From: Oscillospiraceae bacterium
GTDB taxonomy: Bacteria > Bacteroidota > Bacteroidia > Bacteroidales > Bacteroidaceae
DNA length: 64,000 nucleotides
Assembly (NCBI GenBank): GCA_963635115.1
Contig: CAVHEN010000014.1
Coordinates: forward strand, 168 to 64,167
Direction of reading: 5' to 3'
The notes below the pieces were generated by a model. That model was not told where the DNA came from, made no database searches, and saw nothing but the letters and a program-made list of their open reading frames with translations. This document shows, one piece after another, positions 9,159 to 18,154 of this stretch. The translations under genes and the position numbers were made by a program. The stretch's first letter is position 1. The number at the start of each line of letters is the position of its first letter.

Positions 9159-10016
9159 ATGGACTATACACTCAACATAAAGGGCCGATTGCTTTCCCTG
9201 TCAGAACCTGTTGTCATGGGCATTCTCAACTGCACGCCCGACAGTTTCTTCGCCGGCAGCCGCAAGCAGACAGAGAAGGAGATCGCCGACCGTGCCAACC
9301 AGATCGTGGCGGAGGGTGGCTCCATAATAGACGTCGGAGCTTTCTCCACTCGCCCTGGCGCCTCGGAGGTGAGCGAGGAGGAAGAGATGCGGCGCCTGCG
9401 CCACGCCCTGCCAATAGTGAGGCGGGAGCAGCCCGACGTTGCCATCTCCGTGGACACTTACCGCCCCGACGTGGCGAGGATGGTGGTGGAGGAACTTGGC
9501 GCCGACATCATCAACGACGTGTCGGAAGGCGGCATCACAGGCATAGTGGACAAGCCCTTGGAGGAACGCTACGAGGTTGAGGGCGACGACAAGTTCAAGT
9601 CGTATCCTGCCATCTTCCGCATGATGGGGAAGTTGAAAGTGCCTTATATCCTCATGTCGGTACAAGGTAACATCCACGACATGCTCATCAATTTCGCAAG
9701 GGAAGTGCAGCAGCTTCGCGACCTCCATGTCAACGACATCATCCTCGACCCAGGCTATGGCTTTGGTAAGACTATGGAAGAAAACTTCGACATACTTCGC
9801 GACCAGCGCAAGCTCGAAGTGCTTAATCTGCCAATCCTCGCGGGGCTCTCGCGCAAACGCCTCATATGGAAGACGCTTGGCATAACGGCAGACGAGGCCC
9901 TCAACGGCACCACGGTCGTGAACACCATAGCCCTCGCCAACGGCGCGAGCATACTGCGAGTGCACGACGTGAAAGAGGCGGCACAAGCGGTAAAGTTATC
10001 TACGTTCAACACATAA
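9159..10016 (+). CDS. folP: Dihydropteroate synthase
   Basis: MGILNCTPDSF, STRPG, DPGYGFGK, SRK, RVHDV. Confidence 0.96.
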   Translation: MDYTLNIKGRLLSLSEPVVMGILNCTPDSFFAGSRKQTEKEIADRANQIVAEGGSIIDVGAFSTRPGASEVSEEEEMRRLRHALPIVRREQPDVAISVDTYRPDVARMVVEELGADIINDVSEGGITGIVDKPLEERYEVEGDDKFKSYPAIFRMMGKLKVPYILMSVQGNIHDMLINFAREVQQLRDLHVNDIILDPGYGFGKTMEENFDILRDQRKLEVLNLPILAGLSRKRLIWKTLGITADEALNGTTVVNTIALANGASILRVHDVKEAAQAVKLSTFNT

Positions 10017-10029
10017 ACACCAACACCCG

Positions 10030-10806
10030 ATGTTTTTCTCGTTCGGCATAAAAGACATCATCGACATTGTAACCGTAGCGTTGCTGCTCTACTATTTCTA
10101 CCGACTCATGAAAGAGAGCCGGTCGCAGAACGTCTTCACGGGCATTATCGTCTTCGTCATAGCATGGCTCTTCGTCTCCCAAGTGTTGGAGATGCGCCTT
10201 CTCGGAAGCATCATGGACCAACTCGTGTCGGTAGGCGTCATTGGCCTGATTGTCCTCTTCAAGGATGAGATACGCAAGTTTCTCTACGAGATAGGCGAGC
10301 GGCAGAGGGCAAAGAAGTTCATCAACCTGTTCTTCCATCGCGACAGCGTGCAGCAAGTCGACAAGGAAGCCATCATGCCTATCGTGTGGGCGTGTATGGA
10401 CATGGCAAAGGGCAAGGTCGGCGCGCTCATCGTCATAGAGCGAGCCACGCCTCTCGACGACATAGTGCAGACGGGCGAGGTCATCGACGCCAACGTGAAC
10501 AAGTTGCTCATCGAGAACATCTTTTTCAAGAACTCGCCCCTTCACGACGGCGCCATGGTCATATCCAAGCGGCGCATAAAGGCTGCCGGATGCATCTTGC
10601 CGGTGAGCCACAACATGGACATACCCAAGGAGCTTGGCTTGCGCCACCGTGCCGCCCTCGGCATCTCGCAGGCGAGCGACGCCATAGCGGTGGTGGTCTC
10701 CGAGGAGACTGGGCGCATCAGTGCAGCCATAAAGGGCAACTTCCGCCTACGCCTCTCCGCGGAGGACCTGGAGAGCTTGCTGGCAAAAGAAATGACTGCC
10801 GTATGA
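10030..10806 (+). CDS. cdaA: Diadenylate cyclase (CdaA/DacA)
   Basis: Three N-terminal TMs, PLHDGA and GLRHRAA DAC motifs, VSEETG. Confidence 0.93.
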   Translation: MFFSFGIKDIIDIVTVALLLYYFYRLMKESRSQNVFTGIIVFVIAWLFVSQVLEMRLLGSIMDQLVSVGVIGLIVLFKDEIRKFLYEIGERQRAKKFINLFFHRDSVQQVDKEAIMPIVWACMDMAKGKVGALIVIERATPLDDIVQTGEVIDANVNKLLIENIFFKNSPLHDGAMVISKRRIKAAGCILPVSHNMDIPKELGLRHRAALGISQASDAIAVVVSEETGRISAAIKGNFRLRLSAEDLESLLAKEMTAV

Positions 10807-10847
10807 AAAATATCCTTATGCACAAGGCGCATAAGGATATTTTTTTG
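10806..10847 (+). terminator. Hairpin after cdaA, abutting the pta -7 box (10848-10855)
   Basis: Perfect 16-bp stem AAAAATATCCTTATGC/GCATAAGGATATTTTT with T-tract. Confidence 0.65.
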
Positions 10848-10902
10848 TAATTTTGCATGGCTTACAGCATGACTATAACAACACAATATAAATCGATTTA
10901 AA

Positions 10903-11943
10903 ATGAGTTTATTAGAAGAAATCGTGGCGCGCGCCAAAGCTGACAAGCAGCGCATCGTTCTTCCAGAGGCTGAGGAAGAGCGCACATTGAAAGCAGCCGA
11001 CCATGTGCTTGCCGACGATATCGCCGACATCATCCTCATTGGCAACCCCGATCACATCAAGCAGGAGGCAGAAGAGTGGGGCCTGAAGAACATCGACAAG
11101 GCTACCATCATCGACCCTCTCCACTTCGAGAAGACGGAGGAGTACGCTGAGACTCTCGCCGAGCTGCGCAAGAAGAAGGGCATGACCGTTGACCAGGCCC
11201 GCGAGCTTATCACCCACAACAACCTCTACCTTGGTTGCATGATCATCAAGAGCGGCGACGCTGACGGACAGATCAGCGGCGCGCTGAGCACCACTGGCGA
11301 CACTCTGCGCCCGGCGTTGCAGATCATCAAGTGCGCTCCTGGCATCACATGCGTAAGCGGAGCCATGTTGCTCGTCACCAAGTCGCAATATGGCAAGGAT
11401 GGCATCGTCGTGATGGGCGACGTGGCTGTCACTCCTAACCCAACGGCCGACCAAATGGCACAAATAGCCTACACGACAGCGCAGACCGCAAGGGCCATCG
11501 CCGGAATCAGCGAGCCCCACGTGGCAATGCTGAGCTACTCAACGAAGGGATCGGCAAAGGATGCCATCGACAAGGCCACGGGCAAGAGCGTTTACGTCAT
11601 CGACAAGGTGGTGGACGCCGTGAAGATCGCACGCGAGAAGTTCCCCGACTTGCAGGTCGACGGCGAGCTGCAGGCTGATGCCGCCCTCGTGCCCGCCGTG
11701 GGCAAGAAGAAAGCCCCACAGAGCAACATCGCCGGACGCGCCAACGTCCTCGTGGTGCCAAACCTCGAAGTGGGCAACATCGGCTACAAGCTCGTGGAGC
11801 GTCTGGGCGGAGCCACTGCCATTGGCCCAATCCTCCAGGGTATAGCACGCCCTGTCAACGACCTCAGCCGCGGCTGCTCTGTCGATGACATCTACTACAT
11901 GGTGGCCATCACGAGCTGCCAGGCTCAAGACGCCAAGAAGTAA
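10903..11943 (+). CDS. pta: Phosphate acetyltransferase
   Basis: RIVLPE, SYSTKGS, DGELQADAA, GNIGYK, GPILQG, NDLSRG. Confidence 0.96.
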   Translation: MSLLEEIVARAKADKQRIVLPEAEEERTLKAADHVLADDIADIILIGNPDHIKQEAEEWGLKNIDKATIIDPLHFEKTEEYAETLAELRKKKGMTVDQARELITHNNLYLGCMIIKSGDADGQISGALSTTGDTLRPALQIIKCAPGITCVSGAMLLVTKSQYGKDGIVVMGDVAVTPNPTADQMAQIAYTTAQTARAIAGISEPHVAMLSYSTKGSAKDAIDKATGKSVYVIDKVVDAVKIAREKFPDLQVDGELQADAALVPAVGKKKAPQSNIAGRANVLVVPNLEVGNIGYKLVERLGGATAIGPILQGIARPVNDLSRGCSVDDIYYMVAITSCQAQDAKK

Positions 11944-11947
11944 GGCC

Positions 11948-12133
11948 CTGTGTCGATTCGTGTGGGATAGGATAATCGTGCCCGATTCCGTCGTTTGGCG
12001 TTCGCGCCACAATCGCATTGCCTTCGCGCCGCGATCGCGCCGCGTTTACGCCGCAATCGCATTGGGTTTACGCCGCAATCGCACTGCGGTGAAATTTGCC
12101 TCGGCAAACCTTGCCCCACACGAACCGACATGG
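11948..12133 (+). mobile_element. MITE-like element: ~19-bp terminal inverted repeats around a 22-bp minisatellite (copy 2)
   Basis: Left CTGTGTCGATTCGTGTGGG, right CCCACACGAACCGACATGG; four internal units like CATTGCCTTCGCGCCGCGATCG. Confidence 0.65.
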
Positions 12134-12170
12134 ATTCAAAATAACAACCAAACAGTAACTGTAAACTAAC

Positions 12171-13382
12171 ATGAAGATTCTTGTATTGAACTGCGGTAGC
12201 AGCAGTATTAAGTATAAACTCTACGACATGACCAACGAGGCCGTGCTCGCCCAAGGTGGCGTGGAGCGCATCGGCATCGACGAGGCTTTCATCAAGGTGA
12301 AGCTCCCCAATGGCGACAAGAAGCAGATCATGGCAGACCTGCCAACCCACAAGGAGGGCGTGCAGCTCGTCTTCAAGTGCCTTCTCGACCCTGAGTTCGG
12401 AGCCATCAAGAGCCTCGACGAGATAGGAGCCGTTGGCCACCGCATCGTGCAGGGCGGCGACCTCTATGCCAAGAGCTGCATCGTCACTCCAAAGGTGGAG
12501 GCTGACATCGAGAGCCTTATCGACCTCGCCCCTGTCCACAACAAGGGACACCTGGCTGGCATCAAGGCCGTGGACGAGCTTATGCCAAACGTGCCTCAGG
12601 TGACGGTGTTCGACAACGCCTTCCACTCTACAATGCCCGACTATGCCTACCTCTACGCCATTCCTTACGAGTGGTACACCAAGTACCATGTGCGCCGCTA
12701 CGGTTTCCATGGCACTTCCCACCGCTACGTGTCACGTCGCGTTTGCGAGTTCCTCGGCGTGGACTTCCACAAGCAGAAGATCATCACCTGCCACATCGGC
12801 AACGGCGCTTCGATAGCTGCCATCAAGGACGGCAAGGTCATCGACACCTCAATGGGCCTCACTCCGCTGGCTGGCTTGATGATGGGCTCTCGCTGCGGCG
12901 ACATCGATCCGTCCGCAGTGTGCTACATGATGGAGAAGAGCGGCATGACCGCACACGAGATGTCGGAGTATCTCAACAAGAAGAGCGGCGTGCTCGGCGT
13001 GGCTGGCATCTCAAGCGATATGCGCGACAACGAGAATGCCGACAACGAGGGCAACAAGCTGGCTCATCTCGCATTGGAGATGTACAACTACCGCATCAAG
13101 AAATATATCGGCGCTTATGCCGCTGCCATGAATGGCGTCGACATCATCGTATGGACTGCTGGCGTGGGCGAGAACCAGGAAGGCGTGCGCTGGGATAGCT
13201 GCCAAGGCCTTGAGTATCTCGGCGTGAAGATGGATAAGGAGCGCAACCACGTCCGCTCAAAGGAGCAGATCCTTTCTGCCGACGACTCTAAGGTGAAGGT
13301 CGTCATGATTCCTACCGACGAGGAGATTGTCATCGCACGCGACACGCTCGCCCTTGTCGAGGGTCGTGAGCCTGAGATCTAA
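12171..13382 (+). CDS. ackA: Acetate kinase
   Basis: LNCGSSSIKY, GHRIVQGG, RRYGFHGTSH, DTSMGLTPL, TAGVGEN, PTDEE. Confidence 0.97.
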   Translation: MKILVLNCGSSSIKYKLYDMTNEAVLAQGGVERIGIDEAFIKVKLPNGDKKQIMADLPTHKEGVQLVFKCLLDPEFGAIKSLDEIGAVGHRIVQGGDLYAKSCIVTPKVEADIESLIDLAPVHNKGHLAGIKAVDELMPNVPQVTVFDNAFHSTMPDYAYLYAIPYEWYTKYHVRRYGFHGTSHRYVSRRVCEFLGVDFHKQKIITCHIGNGASIAAIKDGKVIDTSMGLTPLAGLMMGSRCGDIDPSAVCYMMEKSGMTAHEMSEYLNKKSGVLGVAGISSDMRDNENADNEGNKLAHLALEMYNYRIKKYIGAYAAAMNGVDIIVWTAGVGENQEGVRWDSCQGLEYLGVKMDKERNHVRSKEQILSADDSKVKVVMIPTDEEIVIARDTLALVEGREPEI

Positions 13383-13416
13383 GCCTTTGCTGATACTTTA
13401 GCAAACACAATAATAT

Positions 13417-13456
13417 ATTAAGGGCGGCTCATCTGTGAGTCGCCCTTAATGTTTTT
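13417..13456. terminator. Terminator between convergent ackA and lpxH
   Basis: ATTAAGGGCGGCTCA/TGAGTCGCCCTTAAT stem followed by GTTTTT. Confidence 0.75.
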
Positions 13457-13489
13457 CCGTAATTAGCTTTTCTTGGTGTCTTGCCGCGC

Positions 13490-14269
13490 CTACAACTTGC
13501 TCTCGCCTTCCACATACTCCTCAAGGAAGAGGTGCTCGCCGTCAAATACGGCATAGGAGAACTGGTTAATCCAGTCGCCAAGGATCAGCATTCGCGGCGT
13601 ATGGCCCTCCACGCGAGGCAGGTTCAGGTCGAGCTCTATGTGGCGATGGCCATAGATGTAGTAGTCGATGTTGGGGTGTTGCTTCTCGTATTCCTTGGTC
13701 CACAACACAAGGTATTCCTTGTCCTCGCCCATGAACGGAGGCTCCTTGCCATCCTCGCGTTTCAGCCTGCTGTGCTTAGCCCATTCAAGGCCGAGCTGCA
13801 TGCCCCAACGGGGATGAATGGCGGAGAACAACGTCTGGCAAACGGGGTTGTGGAATATCCAGCGCAACAGCTTGAACGAGCCGCTGTTATCGCCCAGCCC
13901 GTCGCCATGGGCAAGATGGAACACCTTGCCGTAAATCTCAGTGGTGAGCGTCTGGTAGTGCATTGTCACGCCACACTCTTCCTCCAGGTAATGGTATGCC
14001 CAAATGTCGTGGTTGCCAGTGAAGAAATGCACCTCTACGCCCATGTCGGTCAACTCCGACAACTTTCCGAGGAAGCGCGTAAAGCCCTTTGGCACCACAT
14101 ATTTATATTCATACCAGAAGTCGAACATGTCGCCAAGGAGATAGATGGCAGCCGCCTTGTCCTTTACTGAGTCGAGAAATCGCACCAGCCTGCGTTCTTG
14201 CATCCTGCGGTGAGGCACCGCAAGCGAACCGAGGTGCGCGTCTGAAAGGAAATAAACTGTCTTTCGCAT
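13490..14269 (-). CDS. lpxH: UDP-2,3-diacylglucosamine diphosphatase (LpxH-like)
   Basis: Metallophosphoesterase motifs SDAHLG, LGDMFD, GNHD, HGD, GHRH, LGDW. Confidence 0.85.
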   Translation of the reverse strand: MRKTVYFLSDAHLGSLAVPHRRMQERRLVRFLDSVKDKAAAIYLLGDMFDFWYEYKYVVPKGFTRFLGKLSELTDMGVEVHFFTGNHDIWAYHYLEEECGVTMHYQTLTTEIYGKVFHLAHGDGLGDNSGSFKLLRWIFHNPVCQTLFSAIHPRWGMQLGLEWAKHSRLKREDGKEPPFMGEDKEYLVLWTKEYEKQHPNIDYYIYGHRHIELDLNLPRVEGHTPRMLILGDWINQFSYAVFDGEHLFLEEYVEGESKL

Positions 14270-14303
14270 AAGCCTTCCCTTGAACTAAACCTTATCCTTG
14301 TTC

Positions 14304-14624
14304 TTACTCAAATCCCAATTCCACGCGTGCTTCCTCCGACATCATGCTTTGGTCCCACGCCGGCTCAAACACGAGGTTCACGTTGGCGGCCTTCACCCCG
14401 TCCACGCTCTCAAGCTTGGAGCGAACGTCCTCAAGTATGAAGTCGGCGGCAGGGCATGAGGGTGCCGTGAACGTCATGTCCACGTTCACCGTGCCGTCAT
14501 CGTCGAGGTCTATCTTGTATATCATGCCCAAATCGTAGATGTTGACCGGTATCTCCGGATCGTAAACCGTCTTTATCACGTCCACGATGCGCTCTTCTAT
14601 CCTTGTCTTTTCTTCTTGTGTCAT
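14304..14624 (-). CDS. DUF59/SufT-like Fe-S assembly protein
   Basis: VYDPEIPVNIYDLGMIY, TAPSCP; start at ATG 14624 behind a -7 box at 14639-14646. Confidence 0.9.
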   Translation of the reverse strand: MTQEEKTRIEERIVDVIKTVYDPEIPVNIYDLGMIYKIDLDDDGTVNVDMTFTAPSCPAADFILEDVRSKLESVDGVKAANVNLVFEPAWDQSMMSEEARVELGFE

Positions 14625-14806
14625 TTTTCTCTTTTTTGCAAACTTACGAATAAAAAACGAGCTAAGCAAGCATCCCGCCCTTTATTTTATTCACCACATG
14701 ACAAAATAACGCATTACCAATATCCGCAGCGCCACAAGTCTGTCTTGCGGTTAGATACCGCGTAGCCACCAGTCCATCCTAAGCCTTTGGTTCGAGATGT
14801 GTTGCA

Positions 14807-14875
14807 TTTATTCGGCTTCACCGAATAAAAATCGTTGGTTTTATTTTGTGCCACCGAATAAAAATATTATCTTTG
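14807..14875 (+). promoter_or_regulatory. Two palindromic boxes 33 bp apart, plus -7 box TATCTTTG, upstream of the AAA ATPase
   Basis: TTTATTCGG-N5-CCGAATAAA (14807) and TTTATTTTG-N5-CCGAATAAA (14840). Confidence 0.55.
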
Positions 14876-14891
14876 CGGCAAACAAGAAGCT

Positions 14892-16145
14892 ATGGATACG
14901 GAACTGTTTAGAACTATAATCTCTGAGAATCAAGAGTATATAGGGGACATATCATTGGTGGAACGCCCTCTTGCATTAGAGCGACATGGCAATTATGTGT
15001 TTGTGGGAGTAAGGCAAGCTGGCAAATCTTACCTCATGTACCAGCAAATGCAGCAATTGATACATGACGGAACAAGGTTGGAAGACATTGTTTACGTCAA
15101 TTTTGACGATGAGCGTTTGAAGGAAATGACGGCGATGGATTTCGACCTTATCCTGCAAGCGTACTTCAGCATGTTTGACGGGAGGCCGGTGTTCTTCTTT
15201 GACGAAATCCAGAATGTTGCCGGATGGGCCAATTTTGCCCGCAGGCTTGCCAACAGAAAATACCAAGTCTATATCACGGGGAGCAATGCCAAGATGTTGA
15301 GCCGTGACATAGAGACTGTGCTTGGTGGCAGATATTTGGACGTAAAAGTGTTTCCATATAATTTTATGGAATATCTGAAAGCCAACGGTGTAGCCTTGTC
15401 AAAAGGATGGCAATACGGTCGCAAGGCAAACGAGCTACAACGTCATTTCCGCACTTATTTCGAGTGGGGTGGCTTTCCTGAATCGGTCAATTTCCTTGAG
15501 AAAAGGATATGGCTTAACAGCTTATACAATCGCATATTCTTCAACGACTTGGTTGTGCGTCATAAAATAAAGAACGAGGATGCCTTGCGCCTTTGCGTGC
15601 GCAGGTTGGCAGAAAGCGTCATGCAACCTTGCTCACTCAACCGGCTTTGCAATCTTGTCAAGTCCACGGGCACAACCTGCAGCCCGTCTACCATCATGGA
15701 ATACGTGCGTTATTTGCAAGAGTCCTGCCTGTTGATTTCCTTGGACAATTATGCGTCCAAGTTTGTTGAAAAGGAAACCGTAAAGAAGCATTATTTCGTG
15801 GACAATGGCTTATTGCATTTGTTTGTCAACAATCCCTACCCATTGTTGCTGGAGAATCTTTGCGCCATAACGTTGTATAAGAAGTATGGCAGTGGTTTGT
15901 ACTATTATAATAAAGGGGTGGAGGTTGACTTCTATATTCCCGAGGAGGGCTTGGCGATACAAGCAAGTTTCAGGATGAGTGACGAAGCAACCTTGACCCG
16001 AGAGATGAAGGCTTTGCATGCCCTACATTCGTTCAAGCCTATCAGCAAAGCCATCATCATAACGTATGAGGATGAGGGAATGCTGGTGTATAAAGGGTTG
16101 GAAATAGAGTTGAAGCCCGTTTGGAAATGGGTCTTGGGCATGTAA
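14892..16145 (+). CDS. AAA_14 ATPase with DUF4143 (PD-(D/E)XK-like) C-terminus
   Basis: Walker A GVRQAGKS, Walker B FFFDEIQ, TGSN, GGFPE, KHYFVDNG, EVDF. Confidence 0.88.
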   Translation: MDTELFRTIISENQEYIGDISLVERPLALERHGNYVFVGVRQAGKSYLMYQQMQQLIHDGTRLEDIVYVNFDDERLKEMTAMDFDLILQAYFSMFDGRPVFFFDEIQNVAGWANFARRLANRKYQVYITGSNAKMLSRDIETVLGGRYLDVKVFPYNFMEYLKANGVALSKGWQYGRKANELQRHFRTYFEWGGFPESVNFLEKRIWLNSLYNRIFFNDLVVRHKIKNEDALRLCVRRLAESVMQPCSLNRLCNLVKSTGTTCSPSTIMEYVRYLQESCLLISLDNYASKFVEKETVKKHYFVDNGLLHLFVNNPYPLLLENLCAITLYKKYGSGLYYYNKGVEVDFYIPEEGLAIQASFRMSDEATLTREMKALHALHSFKPISKAIIITYEDEGMLVYKGLEIELKPVWKWVLGM

Positions 16146-16146
16146 C

Positions 16147-16833
16147 TTATATCCTCCCCTCCTCGCGATAGCTGTAATAAGCTCCGTCGGTTATGATCAC
16201 ATGGTCGAGGAAGTAGACCCTTAACGTCTCGCAGGCCTTGCTTATGCGGTCGGTAATCCTGTCGTCTTCTTTCGAAGGGCGGACGTTGCCGCTTGGGTGA
16301 TTGTGGCACGCCACCAGCACCGTCGCGTTGTTTAGTATGGCCTCTTTCATGATCAAGCGCACGTCCACCGCCGTCTCCGTGATGCCTCCGTGGCTCAGGC
16401 GAATCGCCTTTATGAGCCGGAACCGCTGGTTCATCAGCAACACGTGGAACTCCTCCACGTCCAGGTCTTGCATTGTGGGGTGCATATAGTTGTATATCGC
16501 CGTGGCGGAGCCCAAGTCGGCGCGCTCCTCGGCTTTCTCCCTGGCGCGCCGTCTGCCCAACTCGCACGCCGCGAGAATGGTGATCGCCTTCGCCGGTCCA
16601 ATGCCCTTGAAGCCTTCGAGGTCGGCTATCGACATCTTGCCAAGGGTGTTGAGGTTGTTGTTGCACGCCGCCATCACCGTCTTCATCAGTTCCACGGCGC
16701 TCACCTTTGGCGTGCCGGAGCCAATGAGAATGGCCAGCAACTCGGCATTGGAGAGGGCGGCGGCGCCAAGCCGCTCCAGTCGTTCACGCGGGCGATCTTC
16801 CTCTGCCCAATTCGCGATAGTCAGGTTTTGCAT
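16147..16833 (-). CDS. radC: RadC (JAB-domain) protein
   Basis: DRPRERL, ELLAILIGSG, GIGPAKA, HNHPSG, LDHVII; start MQNLTI at 16833. Confidence 0.93.
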   Translation of the reverse strand: MQNLTIANWAEEDRPRERLERLGAAALSNAELLAILIGSGTPKVSAVELMKTVMAACNNNLNTLGKMSIADLEGFKGIGPAKAITILAACELGRRRAREKAEERADLGSATAIYNYMHPTMQDLDVEEFHVLLMNQRFRLIKAIRLSHGGITETAVDVRLIMKEAILNNATVLVACHNHPSGNVRPSKEDDRITDRISKACETLRVYFLDHVIITDGAYYSYREEGRI

Positions 16834-16862
16834 AGGTAAAAAGGTTTTGTTCGGCAAGGTTC

Positions 16863-18065
16863 TCACTCGGCGAGGGCCTTGCCTTTTATTTCTACAAAGG
16901 CTTCCTCGCCATCGTTTGGCGCCGGCTTTATGCCCAAAAGGTGGCAGACGAGGGGATAAACCGCCGTGTTGCTCACCTTGCCGAGGCTCACGCCCTGCCT
17001 CATGTCGGGCCCCCATGCCCTTAGCACGGCTTGCATGTCGCTGTAATAAGGGTCGAAGCCATGGATGCCGCCGTCGTGGGTGTCGTTCTCATAGAATATG
17101 TAGCCTTCGTCGGGCAGCACTACCACGTCGCCAATATTGGCGACGGCTTGATAATGAAGATATTGCGGGATTTCAGCCTTACGCCACGCCCTCAGGTGCG
17201 GCACGTTGGCAAGGGCCTTCACGATGCTGTCTTGTTGCCACCGCTCTGGCGCATACACGTTGCAGGGCAACTCTCCCTCCAGCGCGTCGTACCACTCCTT
17301 GCGCAGGTAGTCTGAAGGCTTGATTTTCCTTGAGGTCGTGAACCACGTCATGCCGTGATCGGACACCACCACGAGGTTCACCCTGTCCGTCATGCCCGCT
17401 TTCTCTATGCGCGCCCACAGCGAGGCGAGCAGCGAGTCCATTGCCTCCACCGCCCTGCGCGTCTCTTTCGCCTGCGGTCCGAAGGAGTGGCCGCTGGCGT
17501 CAGGCTCCTCAAAGTAAGACATTATCAAGTCGGGCGCGTCTTTCTTCCCGAGGTATGCCATGATGCTGTCGGCACGCTGGTCGAAGGTCATGTGCGGCTT
17601 CTCGTCGTAGTTGTGCCACACATCGGGACGCTTCCCGTTGATTGCCACGTCGGAGCCAGGCCAGTAGAACACGGCGGTGCGCAAGCCTTGGCGCTGGGCA
17701 GTGAGCCACAACGGCTCGCCGTGGTAGAAGCGCGGGTCAAACTTCGTCTTGGGATTTCCCAGCGAGAAGCGTGCGCCCGTGGCGCGGTCACGGAAAGTAT
17801 TGGCTATTATGCCGTGGTGCTCGGGGCGCAAGCCCGTGGCGAGGGTGTAGTGGTTTGGGAATGTCTTTGAGGGAAAAGAAGGTATGAGCGAACCCTCCAC
17901 GCCGTTGGCTGCCATGCGGTCGAGGAATGGCGTGTCGTAATATTGCGGGTAATCCCAGCGGAAACCGTCGAAGGAGACGAGCACCGTGGTCTTGCGCCCG
18001 TAGGAAGGCGTGGAGGCAAACAATGCCACTAATGCCACGAGGCACAAAAGCGATCTTTTCAACAT
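16863..18065 (-). CDS. Secreted nucleotide pyrophosphatase/phosphodiesterase (alkaline phosphatase superfamily)
   Basis: Signal peptide, SFDGFR, PSKTFPNHYTLATG, EPDASGH, SDHGM, HGFD. Confidence 0.9.
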   Translation of the reverse strand: MLKRSLLCLVALVALFASTPSYGRKTTVLVSFDGFRWDYPQYYDTPFLDRMAANGVEGSLIPSFPSKTFPNHYTLATGLRPEHHGIIANTFRDRATGARFSLGNPKTKFDPRFYHGEPLWLTAQRQGLRTAVFYWPGSDVAINGKRPDVWHNYDEKPHMTFDQRADSIMAYLGKKDAPDLIMSYFEEPDASGHSFGPQAKETRRAVEAMDSLLASLWARIEKAGMTDRVNLVVVSDHGMTWFTTSRKIKPSDYLRKEWYDALEGELPCNVYAPERWQQDSIVKALANVPHLRAWRKAEIPQYLHYQAVANIGDVVVLPDEGYIFYENDTHDGGIHGFDPYYSDMQAVLRAWGPDMRQGVSLGKVSNTAVYPLVCHLLGIKPAPNDGEEAFVEIKGKALAE

Positions 18066-18093
18066 AAAATGCTATGAATGTTTATATTAAAGA

Positions 18094-18122
18094 CAAAATT
18101 AAATAAAATAGCCGTAACTTTG
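18094..18122. promoter_or_regulatory. Back-to-back -7 elements (18094-18101 minus, 18115-18122 plus)
   Basis: TAATTTTG and TAACTTTG separated by 13 bp. Confidence 0.6.
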
Positions 18123-18154
18123 CAGCGTATTTTCAATAAAATAACCTCTTCACC

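Noticed and set aside
9159..10806. folP-cdaA linkage as novel
   Set aside because: To my knowledge a common arrangement in Bacteroidota
11990..12100. 22-bp arrays as CRISPR
   Set aside because: Units are contiguous and degenerate with no unique spacers, and there are no cas genes
16147..16833. radC as a marker of a mobile or defence island
   Set aside because: Full-length chromosomal-type RadC with host-like composition
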